IMG/VR virus record: IMGVR_UViG_3300044495_000019
DNA: 39,556 nucleotides
Reading direction: 5' to 3' (one strand)
Source: a virus
How positions within the stretch are numbered: position 1 is the stretch's first letter; each line of letters opens with the position of its first letter. The notes beneath the pieces were generated by a model. It worked only from the letters and a program-made list of their open reading frames with translations. It searched no databases and was not told where the DNA came from. The position numbers and the translations under genes are program-made. Below, piece after piece: positions 17,456-25,207 of this stretch.

Positions 17456-19483
17456 ATGACAATTGACATTACTGACCAATCGCGACGGGTCCAATACGTC
17501 GGTAGCGGTACCGGCCCTTACGATTTCGCCTTCGAGGTTCTGGAGCAAACCGATATCGAGGTTTATCAGGACGACACACTGCTTGTCCTGACTACCGACT
17601 ATACCGTGAGCCTCAACGCAGACGGCACCGGCTCCGTCACGACGGTTTCAACTATGACAGGCTCGACCGTGACGATCAATGGCTCGCGGCCCTACCAGCG
17701 CATCACCGATTTCTCGACCGGCGGCGATTTCTTCGCGGCCACGGTGAACGAGGAACTCGACTCGCAGCAGATTCAGATCCTCCAATTGCGCGAGGTAGAC
17801 AATCGAACGCTGCAGGCCCCGGTCACGGATGATCCTTCGCTCGATATGTCGTTGCCCGCAGCAGCGGATCGCCTTGGCTTATATCTCGCTTTTGATGCTA
17901 GTGGTCAACCCGTAGCGACTACCGGCACCGGAACAGATAACACGCTTCGTTCTGATCTCGCCGCATCAAGCGGCTCTACGCTGCTAGGTTTTCTCCAAGA
18001 CGGCACCGGGGCGACGGCGAGGACCGCGCAGAGCAAAAACCGCGAGATTGTCAGCGCCTTCGATTTTATGTCTGCCGCAGAAGTCGCTGATGTTCAAGCT
18101 GGAACCTTGGCGATTGACGTTGCAGCATCTCTCGCCACCGGCTATGCACGCGCCAGAACGCTCGGTGCTGAATTTGTATTACCGCATGGAAGCTATGGTG
18201 TTTCCTCCGTCACCTTTGACGATGAAAACGTGGCAGTCCGGTTTGAAGGGCTTGCAACATTGGTGGGGATCGCGACCGGTGCGACCGGGGCTGTCTTGAA
18301 CATCACCGCGAGACACCTGATCGGTTACAACTTCAAGGTCGACGGGAACTTCAACACCAACTATACCTCTGCGGTCAGGTGGCACTCAGCGAGCGCGGGA
18401 ACGCCTGCTCAGTCCAACAAGATTTTCGGGTTGAGGATCATTCAGACGACGAAGGGACTTATCTTCGGCGCGGATATTGGAGGTTCTCCAATAGACGCCG
18501 CTCAATCGGGGAATGTCATTTTCGGATACACGACACGTTCCGTACAGGTTCCATTCATCGGTAATCAACCCAACGGCTTCATCACGCTGGTTGCACCGAT
18601 TCTGGACTGCAACCCGAATGAATGGAGTTCTCAGCCTGGATATAACGAAGCGACCTATCAGGCGGCGGCTTACTGTTTCAGGAATCCGACCGCTGGAAAC
18701 AACCATCTTGCAATCATCGGCGGGGAACTTCTCAAGACAACCTCTACTTCAGGATACGGTTTCACTGGCGGAAGTTTCGTAATCTCTGGAGCGACGTTCG
18801 AGATTGCTGGGCCGCAGGGATACATAGACGGAGGATGTTCCGTCGTCGATACGCTGACTCCCGGCGCGATGACATGCGGAGGAATCGACACCAGCGCCTT
18901 CAATGCTTTCGTGATCGATGATACTGCCTCTGGGATATTCAATCTTAGAAACTTCGGTCTGGCAAGGCCCGCCTCGAGTAGCGTCAACTCGACTGCAAAC
19001 TTCATCGCCAAGAACGGCGGTTCTCCGACACTCACCGTCAGTATTCGAGACTGCAATCTGATCGAATGGAGATGGAATGCAACGGTCGCTCTTGTTACTG
19101 GTGTCACGCTTCAATACTTCGATAACACATTTATCACTGTTGGCACCCGTGCGCACAACGGAGTGTGGACCGCAGACCTGGCCGGTGGAACGAGAGTCGC
19201 GGCGACTATTTATCAGAACACCAGCGGGAAATTGCGGAAGTTGAATATCGTAGCTTCAGGCGGCGTTGCTGGTGTCTTATCTGGCAGTATTCAAGTCGGG
19301 ACCGCAGCCGATCTTGCTGGCGCTCTCTCGCTTGGACAATTCAACATAAATTCCAATGCAAACGGCGGAACTTCTCATACGGTGAGTTGCTTTGTCGAGG
19401 TTCCAAATGGACATTACTATCGTCTGAATTTCAACACTGGAACGCTTTCTAATTGGTTTGAATTAGATGGCGGGCAGAGCTGA
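17456..19483 (+). CDS. Tailspike / tail fibre with a conserved N-terminal anchor and beta-helix (pectate-lyase-like) body
   Basis: N-terminus RRVQYVGSGTGPYDFAFEV...DIEVY...DYTV and NEELDSQQIQILQLRE. Followed by LRSDLAASSGSTLLGF...REIVSAFDF, typical of depolymerase spikes. Confidence 0.7.
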   Translation: MTIDITDQSRRVQYVGSGTGPYDFAFEVLEQTDIEVYQDDTLLVLTTDYTVSLNADGTGSVTTVSTMTGSTVTINGSRPYQRITDFSTGGDFFAATVNEELDSQQIQILQLREVDNRTLQAPVTDDPSLDMSLPAAADRLGLYLAFDASGQPVATTGTGTDNTLRSDLAASSGSTLLGFLQDGTGATARTAQSKNREIVSAFDFMSAAEVADVQAGTLAIDVAASLATGYARARTLGAEFVLPHGSYGVSSVTFDDENVAVRFEGLATLVGIATGATGAVLNITARHLIGYNFKVDGNFNTNYTSAVRWHSASAGTPAQSNKIFGLRIIQTTKGLIFGADIGGSPIDAAQSGNVIFGYTTRSVQVPFIGNQPNGFITLVAPILDCNPNEWSSQPGYNEATYQAAAYCFRNPTAGNNHLAIIGGELLKTTSTSGYGFTGGSFVISGATFEIAGPQGYIDGGCSVVDTLTPGAMTCGGIDTSAFNAFVIDDTASGIFNLRNFGLARPASSSVNSTANFIAKNGGSPTLTVSIRDCNLIEWRWNATVALVTGVTLQYFDNTFITVGTRAHNGVWTADLAGGTRVAATIYQNTSGKLRKLNIVASGGVAGVLSGSIQVGTAADLAGALSLGQFNINSNANGGTSHTVSCFVEVPNGHYYRLNFNTGTLSNWFELDGGQS

Positions 19484-19514
19484 TGAATCTCATTGACTAC
19501 TCCGGGCAGGATAG

Positions 19515-19814
19515 ATGACTGACCGCGCCGAACCGAACTGCGGACTGGAGGGTGCTGATGGCGACCCTGTTCAGGTCGGCCGCTTCAATCGCTGGCTGGC
19601 GATGGGCATGCGCCATCACCTAATCCCGATGAAGCAGGAACTCTCGCAGGTCCATGCCTCCCTTGCCGATCACATCAGGGCCGATGAGATCATGCAGGCG
19701 CAGATCCTAGGTGGCATCAAGGTTCTGACGTGGCTGACCCCCATTCTCGCCATCCTCGTGCCAGGACTGATCGGCCTCATCATTTACATGATGTTCAAAG
19801 CAGGGATGATCTGA
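19515..19814 (+). CDS. Membrane protein with a C-terminal TM (holin/antiholin candidate)
   Basis: 99 aa. TM segment VLTWLTPILAILVPGLIGLIIYMMF. First gene after the tailspike. Confidence 0.5.
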   Translation: MTDRAEPNCGLEGADGDPVQVGRFNRWLAMGMRHHLIPMKQELSQVHASLADHIRADEIMQAQILGGIKVLTWLTPILAILVPGLIGLIIYMMFKAGMI

Positions 19815-20188
19815 TGGACGACAGTCCTTCCCGGCGCTCTGTCGATCACGGCGTTGCAGCAGTTGCCGCCAAGACAGCCGCGCGCACGAGCAAGACGTTC
19901 TGGAACTGGTTCGAGAGCCATCATATCGATATGCTGCTGGTGCTCAGTGTGACTCTCTATCTCACCTATACGGTAGTAGATTGGGCGCTATGGTTCCCGA
20001 CCGAAACGGAAACGAAGATGTCAGGCGTTGATCGAGCGGCCATTCTCGGTGCGGTGCTGACGCCGTGGGGGATCATGCAGGGTTTGATGTTCAAGTTCTA
20101 CGTCGATCTCAAAGGTAAGAATGGGCAAGCACCACAACCGATAGTGATTCAAACTCAACTCCAACCTCAACCAGGAGCCTCATCATGA
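19814..20188 (+). CDS. Two-TM membrane protein (holin candidate)
   Basis: The ATG overlaps the upstream stop (TGATG). 124 aa. TM segments MLLVLSVTLYLTYTVVDWALWF and AAILGAVLTPWGIMQGLMF. Confidence 0.5.
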   Translation: MDDSPSRRSVDHGVAAVAAKTAARTSKTFWNWFESHHIDMLLVLSVTLYLTYTVVDWALWFPTETETKMSGVDRAAILGAVLTPWGIMQGLMFKFYVDLKGKNGQAPQPIVIQTQLQPQPGASS

Positions 20189-20601
20189 AGATGGAGTCAT
20201 TCGCTCGCATCATGATCGTTACCCTTGTATTTCTTATCTGGATCATCATGGGGCTCAGCGCAGCACGGCCGGCGTTCGCCAATGACGACGACGACGATAA
20301 ACCCAAACCGAAGCCGACGCCCGTAGCGCAAGCGGGCGAGTCTGATCGCCACAAGGAGAACCTCTGGGGCGGTGTGGCCTTCGGTGGCTTGGCGGTTACT
20401 GCGTTGCAGAAAACTGAACACCCAACGCTCTACGCCATCGGAGCAGGGGCGCTGACTGCTGCTGCGGTAGAAGCCGCGCAGCCCGGCGGTTTCAATGGTA
20501 AGAACTTCCGATATGCGGTTGGTGGCGTCCTGCTTGGCACGACTACTACAGGCTTCGTATTCGGGAAGAAGTTCTTCGGTTGGCAAACTACGTTCAAGTA
20601 A
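20185..20601 (+). CDS. Secreted/membrane protein with signal peptide, Asp5 and (KP)3 linker, Gly-zipper-like C-terminal half
   Basis: ATGA overlap with the upstream gene. Signal peptide IMIVTLVFLIWIIMGLSAARPAFA, then NDDDDDKPKPKPTP. Confidence 0.6.
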   Translation: MKMESFARIMIVTLVFLIWIIMGLSAARPAFANDDDDDKPKPKPTPVAQAGESDRHKENLWGGVAFGGLAVTALQKTEHPTLYAIGAGALTAAAVEAAQPGGFNGKNFRYAVGGVLLGTTTTGFVFGKKFFGWQTTFK

Positions 20602-20611
20602 AGGAGACATC

Positions 20612-20761
20612 ATGGATACGCAAAAAGCGAAAGAAACTCTACAGGACCTCGAAGGCAAGACGGATAGCATCCTCACGCGATTGGTGCAGTCACCTTATAC
20701 GGTGGTCATCGTCGGCATTGCGGTGATCATTGGGCTTATTGCTTGGGCAGTGTTCCGGTGA
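20612..20761 (+). CDS. Small single-TM protein (holin/antiholin-like)
   Basis: AAGGAG at 20601..20606, 5 nt before the ATG. 49 aa. TM segment YTVVIVGIAVIIGLIAWAVF. Shorter than the ORF-track size cutoff. Confidence 0.6.
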   Translation: MDTQKAKETLQDLEGKTDSILTRLVQSPYTVVIVGIAVIIGLIAWAVFR

Positions 20762-21183
20762 CATTGGAACTTGAGCTGCAGCGTGACCAACCGGATGAGA
20801 GCCGAATGTTCGGCGTCTTTTCCGTATCTGGTCTTTACGAATGCGTAACCCTGGAAGATCCGCCGCGTTCTGAAAAGATCAAAGGCAGGACGGCGATTCC
20901 CGAGGGACGCTACCGGATCACGCTGGAAGAATCCCCACGCTTCGGGCCAAACACGATCACCATTAAGGATGTTCCGGGATTCACGGGAGTTAGGATTCAT
21001 GCCGGGAATACGGAGAACGATACCGAAGGGTGCCCACTGGTAGGCCAGGAACGCACCGAGATGACTATCATCCGGTCGCGGCAAGCACTTGCGCACCTGA
21101 AGTCCAAGATTCAGGTAGCGTGGGACGCCGAGGATGAAATTTGGCTCACGATCAAGAATGCGGCGCAGGAGGTAATAGCATGA
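20758..21183 (+). CDS. DUF5675-like protein in the endolysin position (putative cell-wall hydrolase with a YkuD-like His/Cys motif)
   Basis: The GTG overlaps the upstream stop (GTGA). Motifs CVTLEDP, GRTAIPEGRYRITL, VPGFTGVRIHAGNTENDTEGCPLVG. Confidence 0.55.
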   Translation: MTLELELQRDQPDESRMFGVFSVSGLYECVTLEDPPRSEKIKGRTAIPEGRYRITLEESPRFGPNTITIKDVPGFTGVRIHAGNTENDTEGCPLVGQERTEMTIIRSRQALAHLKSKIQVAWDAEDEIWLTIKNAAQEVIA

Positions 21184-21665
21184 ACCCATTTCAGATTATT
21201 TCCAGCGTCGTCAGCATTGCTGTCCTAAGCGCGGTGGGCTGGTATGTCTGGCAGTGCGAGGATTCAAAAGACTTCAAGGACAAGGCCGTGATGCTGGCCG
21301 AGCAAGCCCGAGACAGCGCGATCAAACAGATGGTGCTCTACCGAAAAGCAAAGGAGAACTCTGATGCTGAACTCAAGAAGTTGCGTGCTGATAACAAGTC
21401 TCTGGTTCAGCGGCTGCGTGACGAGCGTGCCCTTAGCCGTTCCCTGTCCCGAGTTGCCGCCCGTGCCCCAAGTCCTGAACGAGCCTGCTTCAAAGGAGCC
21501 ATCCTTGACGCAGCAGTTACACGACTCATTGATGAAACATCAGCAACGAACGCAGAGCTTGATCGAGAACTATCTCAAATCGTTGGACTCGGCCAAGATG
21601 CCGTGAGTGGACTCGACACGGCAAAGAAATGGGTGCAGGAAACACTCAGGCCACCTACCCCTTAA
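21180..21665 (+). CDS. Rz: i-spanin (Rz-like)
   Basis: ATGA overlap with the upstream gene. N-terminal TM segment IISSVVSIAVLSAVGWYVW followed by a charged coiled coil. It contains the embedded lipoprotein ORF. Confidence 0.75.
   Translation: MNPFQIISSVVSIAVLSAVGWYVWQCEDSKDFKDKAVMLAEQARDSAIKQMVLYRKAKENSDAELKKLRADNKSLVQRLRDERALSRSLSRVAARAPSPERACFKGAILDAAVTRLIDETSATNAELDRELSQIVGLGQDAVSGLDTAKKWVQETLRPPTP
21364..21606 (+). CDS. Rz1: o-spanin (Rz1-like lipoprotein), fully embedded in the +1 frame of the i-spanin gene
   Basis: Signal peptide and lipobox LITSLWFSGC, followed by a Pro-rich mature part (PLAVPCPELPPVPQ). Confidence 0.7.
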   Translation: MLNSRSCVLITSLWFSGCVTSVPLAVPCPELPPVPQVLNEPASKEPSLTQQLHDSLMKHQQRTQSLIENYLKSLDSAKMP

Positions 21666-21793
21666 CCCCATCCTCCCGTGGCGTCCTGGATGCTCCTGGC
21701 AAGCCCCAAGGCCATTCCGAATAGAATACGACCCCGCTTCACTCTTCCCTCCCCGCGCGGTCCTGTCCACGATCGTATTCGGCTGCGCGAGTC

Positions 21794-22699
21794 TCATGCC
21801 CAATCTTCGGCTTCGATCTTGGTAATAAAGAAATGAATACCATGCGAGCATTCGTTGGTAAAGTCGCTGTCCCACTTATCTGCGGTCACGCGCTTACCCA
21901 CGCGGTATTCGATCTTGTTGTCGTGCGTGCCGTTGAAGGCTGATTTCTTGCCATTAGATATTTCCAGCACATCGGCAAATTCGGCGCGGCATTTGCGCCC
22001 AAAGGCGTGAGAGCGTTTAGCATTTGCAGGGATAGAGAGTTTGATGATCTCGCCTTTTGATCCTTTCTTATAGCCAATGATCTGTCCTTCTGGCAGGATT
22101 CGCGTATAGGCGATAATGCGCGCGGCGTTTTTCGAGCCGCTCAGGTTGCTGCCGCTCAGGTTGCTGCCGCGCAGGTTGCTGTCGCGCAGGTTGCTGCCGC
22201 TCAGGTTGCTGTAGCTCAGGTTGCTGTAGCGCAGGTCGCTGCCGCTCAGGTTGCTGCCGCTCAGGTTGCTGCCGCTCAGGTTGCTGTAGCTCAGGTTGCT
22301 GCCGCGCAGGTTGCTGCCGCGCAGGTTGCTGCCGCTCAGGTCGCTGCCGCTCAGGTTGCTGTAGCTCAGGTTGCTGCCGCGCAGGTTGCTGCCGCTCAGG
22401 TCGCTGCCGCTCAGGTTGCTGTAGCTCAGGTTGCTGCCGCTCAGGTTGCTGTAGCTCAGGTTGCTGCCGCTCAGGTTGCTGCCGCTCAGGTCGCTGCCGC
22501 TCAGGTTGCTGTAGCTCAGGTTGCTGCCGCTCAGGTTGCTGTCGCGCAGGTTGCTGTCGCGCAGGTTGCTGCCGCTCAGGTCGCTGTAGCTCAGGTTGCT
22601 GTAGCTTTTTACGGCTGTTTCAAGACAGATTTTCAAGTTATCGCACTCAAGCGCAAACAGAACATTCCCGGTAAAACGATGCTTGATCTCAAATTTCAT
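21794..22699 (-). CDS. Pentapeptide-repeat protein (31 consecutive S-[ND]-L-x-x units) with a C-terminal DUF5758-like domain
   Basis: AAGGAGGGG RBS, then an ATG at 22699 in an ATGA overlap with the upstream gene. Repeats are SNLSG/SNLSY/SDLSG/SNLRG/SNLRD. C-terminus ...KCRAEFADVLEI...ECSHGIHFFITKIEAEDW. Confidence 0.85.
   Translation of the reverse strand: MKFEIKHRFTGNVLFALECDNLKICLETAVKSYSNLSYSDLSGSNLRDSNLRDSNLSGSNLSYSNLSGSDLSGSNLSGSNLSYSNLSGSNLSYSNLSGSDLSGSNLRGSNLSYSNLSGSDLSGSNLRGSNLRGSNLSYSNLSGSNLSGSNLSGSDLRYSNLSYSNLSGSNLRDSNLRGSNLSGSNLSGSKNAARIIAYTRILPEGQIIGYKKGSKGEIIKLSIPANAKRSHAFGRKCRAEFADVLEISNGKKSAFNGTHDNKIEYRVGKRVTADKWDSDFTNECSHGIHFFITKIEAEDWA
22136..22600. repeat. Tandem array of 31 near-identical 15-bp units (coding repeats of the pentapeptide protein)
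   Basis: The + strand reads GCTCAGGTTGCTGCC and single-base variants back to back. Fully in frame within 21794..22699. Confidence 0.95.
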
Positions 22700-23016
22700 T
22701 GCCCCTCCTTCGTCAAAAACCAGCAGAACTCCTCGACCGGCCATCTGACCGGCAGACAAACGTAAGCGGCGCCTTTGGCATCCACGCCTTGGACGGGTGC
22801 AACGGGGACAGGAATCGAACCTGCTGTCTCCGAAACTATGCCTTCATGACTGGCACTATGTTCCGGCGAGGTTCCGTGGGCATCATCGCGAATAACGCCC
22901 CGCGCCACCTCCCCTCCCGTTGCATTGAGATAGACCATCATCGGTATCACGATGAGGGGGTAGAGCTTCAGGCGCCAGTCCCAGATGGTGCGGTGGCGTT
23001 GATGGACGGTTTTCAT
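22696..23016 (-). CDS. Hypothetical protein with an N-terminal hydrophobic segment
   Basis: The ATG overlaps the upstream stop (TAATG) and the stop overlaps the downstream ATG (ATGA). 106 aa. Confidence 0.5.
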   Translation of the reverse strand: MKTVHQRHRTIWDWRLKLYPLIVIPMMVYLNATGGEVARGVIRDDAHGTSPEHSASHEGIVSETAGSIPVPVAPVQGVDAKGAAYVCLPVRWPVEEFCWFLTKEGQ

Positions 23017-23210
23017 TACCAACGGATGACCGCAGCCAGGATCGCGAGCAAGACACCGAGCGCTGCCAGCTTGATTCTGAGCGAATTGTGCGAGCCTTCA
23101 AGCCATTGTGAATTCTGCGAGTTGCGCTGGAATCTGAAATGGCGCGGATCGTGGTTGTAGCATCGGCCGAGGCGTTGCGCGGGCGTCACGTAGTCTCTTG
23201 GCAAGATCAT
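23016..23210 (-). CDS. Small tail-anchored membrane protein
   Basis: 64 aa. C-terminal TM segment LAALGVLLAILAAVI. Start/stop coupling on both sides. Confidence 0.5.
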   Translation of the reverse strand: MILPRDYVTPAQRLGRCYNHDPRHFRFQRNSQNSQWLEGSHNSLRIKLAALGVLLAILAAVIRW

Positions 23211-23425
23211 GTGTTCTCCTTGATGGTGATTTGTCGCCCAGGATAGTGCGGCTTTGATTCGTCGAATATTACGAGGCCATCGTGCTCCATCGCCTTCAAC
23301 ATCCGTGTCACGTTCTGCCGCGTGCAGCCGACATTCGCTGCAATCTCCTTATGGGTGGGCGGGCGTCCGTACTCCGCGGTATCGGCACGGATGAAGTCGA
23401 GGATGCGTTGGCGGCGGTCGTTCAC
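23207..23425 (-). CDS. Winged-helix DNA-binding protein resembling the LexA N-terminal domain (no peptidase domain)
   Basis: GTG start with an AAGGAA RBS. RQRILDFIRADTAEYGRPPTHKEIAANVGCTRQNVTRMLKAMEHDGLV. Confidence 0.65.
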   Translation of the reverse strand: MNDRRQRILDFIRADTAEYGRPPTHKEIAANVGCTRQNVTRMLKAMEHDGLVIFDESKPHYPGRQITIKENT

Positions 23426-23681
23426 AGCGGTTCCTTGTAGAGTCGGACGTATCCCTTCGTGTCGGCTTTGAAAAAATAACCTTTCGGGGCGGGGAAATTT
23501 GGAACACCGTAATATCTCTCGCCAATACGATTCACGGCATCTTGTTGCGCGAGTGTGCGTTTTCTACGGAACTGACGTACCCGCTTGGGGAACGGCAACG
23601 GAAGGTCAAGCGCTACCGACTCGTCTCATTTGGCCTTACCGAATAGCCGCCGCATGCCATTACAGATGTCTTTCCAGAGAG

Positions 23682-24782
23682 TCACTTGGCTGGCTCCGTC
23701 AGCGCGGCTTCCTTGAGTTCCCGTGAGCGCTTCGCGATGTCGGCGTTGATCGCACCCATCATCTGCGCGCCGAAGCGCTTGATTATTTGCTCGTTCGCTT
23801 TCCTGAGATCGCGGATTTTCTTGTCCTTCGCCGCGGGGTCGATTTTGGTTGAGTTGACAATGGTGTCGCACAGGTGCTGCCAGAGCTTAAACCACTCATC
23901 TGGCGACTCGGCCTGGTCCTGCGGCCCTTCCATGCCGGGATAGTAGAAGGGATAGGCGCGTGTCGTAGACGCATCGGGGGCCGCCGCCGCGACTGCGGGC
24001 TCCGGGGAGGTTCCGGAGGATTCCGCAGCGGGCGTCGCGACGGCGGCTTTCGGTGCGGCCCCGCTCGCCCATTGCGCGAGACGGCGGCCAGCTTCTTCGC
24101 TGATCGGTGTCGTGAGCGGGAATAACGCCCGGTGCTGCTCCTGAAGCTTGATCGGCTTCGGAATGCCGGGCGCGTCCGGCGTCAGCAGGAAGGATGCTGT
24201 CAGCTCATAGGGCAGATTCTTCTCACAGATCGGCTGCCAGCCTTGCGGGACGATGATGGTCTTGCCCTCGGCGTTGCGTTCCATCTTCACTTTTTCCTCA
24301 GCGCGGAAGCAGAGGATCAGATGGGCGCGGACCTGGAGCAACCGCTGCACCATTTGCTTGTGCTCCATCTTCGGCTTGATCCACGCGGCCATCTTGCAGG
24401 CTTCGCGTTTCTTCCAATCATCGCCTGCCATGCGGCCGAGCTCCTCCTCATGCCAATCGAGGATGCCGCCTTCGCCCGCATGCTCATGCGAGCAGGAATC
24501 GACAACGATGACGGGGTAACCCTTTGCGTCCGCCGCCTTGATCGCGTCGGCGTAGGCGCCGGGGCGAAACGGTGGCTTGAGATCGCCATGATCGAACTTG
24601 AAGCGGTCGGCATAGTGCTTTGCTCTACCCGCTTCAGTATCGATTACGCAGAATGGCTTGTCTCCGGCAATGCCGGATGCGAGACGCAAGGCGCTGAAAG
24701 TTTTGCCGGCACCGCTACAACCAATCAACCCAAGAATTAGGCCGACTTCCTCCCTGATCGCAGGGCGAAACGTAAAAGTCAT
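23682..24782 (-). CDS. Sak4-like / AAA_24 RecA-fold ATPase (recombination) with a ~130-aa C-terminal extension
   Basis: Walker A LIGCSGAGKT. Walker B-like VIVVDSCSHE. 366 aa. Confidence 0.65.
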   Translation of the reverse strand: MTFTFRPAIREEVGLILGLIGCSGAGKTFSALRLASGIAGDKPFCVIDTEAGRAKHYADRFKFDHGDLKPPFRPGAYADAIKAADAKGYPVIVVDSCSHEHAGEGGILDWHEEELGRMAGDDWKKREACKMAAWIKPKMEHKQMVQRLLQVRAHLILCFRAEEKVKMERNAEGKTIIVPQGWQPICEKNLPYELTASFLLTPDAPGIPKPIKLQEQHRALFPLTTPISEEAGRRLAQWASGAAPKAAVATPAAESSGTSPEPAVAAAAPDASTTRAYPFYYPGMEGPQDQAESPDEWFKLWQHLCDTIVNSTKIDPAAKDKKIRDLRKANEQIIKRFGAQMMGAINADIAKRSRELKEAALTEPAK

Positions 24783-25207
24783 GGCTGACTCCTTTTCCCT
24801 CTATATGCCCACGGTTTCCAGGGGAGTTTCATTCCTGGTATGCCGAGCCCGTGTTGCTTCATGTGTTCTGCTTGAGTTGTTACGACCAAATTCTCCGGAT
24901 CGTTATTCAGCTTATTTCCATCTTCGTGATGGACGACTTCGTGTTTCTTGAGCGGTCGTCCAAGTATTTGTTCTGCAACTACGCGATGTTCATGTCGGCC
25001 CATGCATTTGCGATACGATTTACCGTTTCCCTTTCCTCTTTGAGCGTCACCACTCTTAATCGCGTTCTGCCTGCCGATTCTGGCGTTGTATTCCGGGCCT
25101 TTTAATGCGAGCCAGATACATCGTTTTGAGCAGTAGCGCGGCTCGTGCCTTTTTGGCGGGGTAAACTCACGACCGCAAACGACGCAATTTCTTGGCGATG
25201 GCCTCAT
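24779..25207 (-). CDS. HNH homing endonuclease (HNH_3 type)
   Basis: HEHRVVAEQILGRPLKKHEVVHHEDGNKLNNDPENLVVTTQAEH. ATGA overlaps at both ends. Visibly more AT-rich than its neighbours. Trimmed from the 263-aa track ORF to M122. Confidence 0.8.
   Translation of the reverse strand: MRPSPRNCVVCGREFTPPKRHEPRYCSKRCIWLALKGPEYNARIGRQNAIKSGDAQRGKGNGKSYRKCMGRHEHRVVAEQILGRPLKKHEVVHHEDGNKLNNDPENLVVTTQAEHMKQHGLGIPGMKLPWKPWAYRGKRSQP

Noticed and set aside
10749-19483. Diversity-generating retroelement near the fibre genes, as found in BPP-1-like podophages
   Set aside because: No reverse-transcriptase-like ORF occurs anywhere in the genome. I could not spot a template/variable repeat pair by eye. A self-alignment would be needed to exclude it fully.
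21717-21782. Inverted repeat (GAATACGA / TCGTATTC) in the convergent gap between the spanin and pentapeptide genes; considered as a bidirectional terminator
   Set aside because: The stem is 8 bp, the loop is about 40 nt, and there is no flanking U-run. This is not a convincing intrinsic terminator.
22136-22600. Regular short-period repeat array that could be mistaken for a CRISPR array or a non-coding satellite
   Set aside because: The units are 15 bp and contiguous, with no spacers. They are entirely in frame within a CDS that has a strong RBS, and they encode canonical pentapeptide repeats.
22795-22835. tRNA-like T-arm on the minus strand (GCAGG-TTCGATT-CCTGT followed by a 7-nt acceptor-like stretch); considered as a tRNA gene or a tRNA-derived attP core
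   Set aside because: No complementary 5' acceptor strand, D-arm or anticodon arm could be folded upstream. There is no CCA. The stretch lies inside a translationally coupled CDS, and the only recombinase is a small serine recombinase about 4 kb away.
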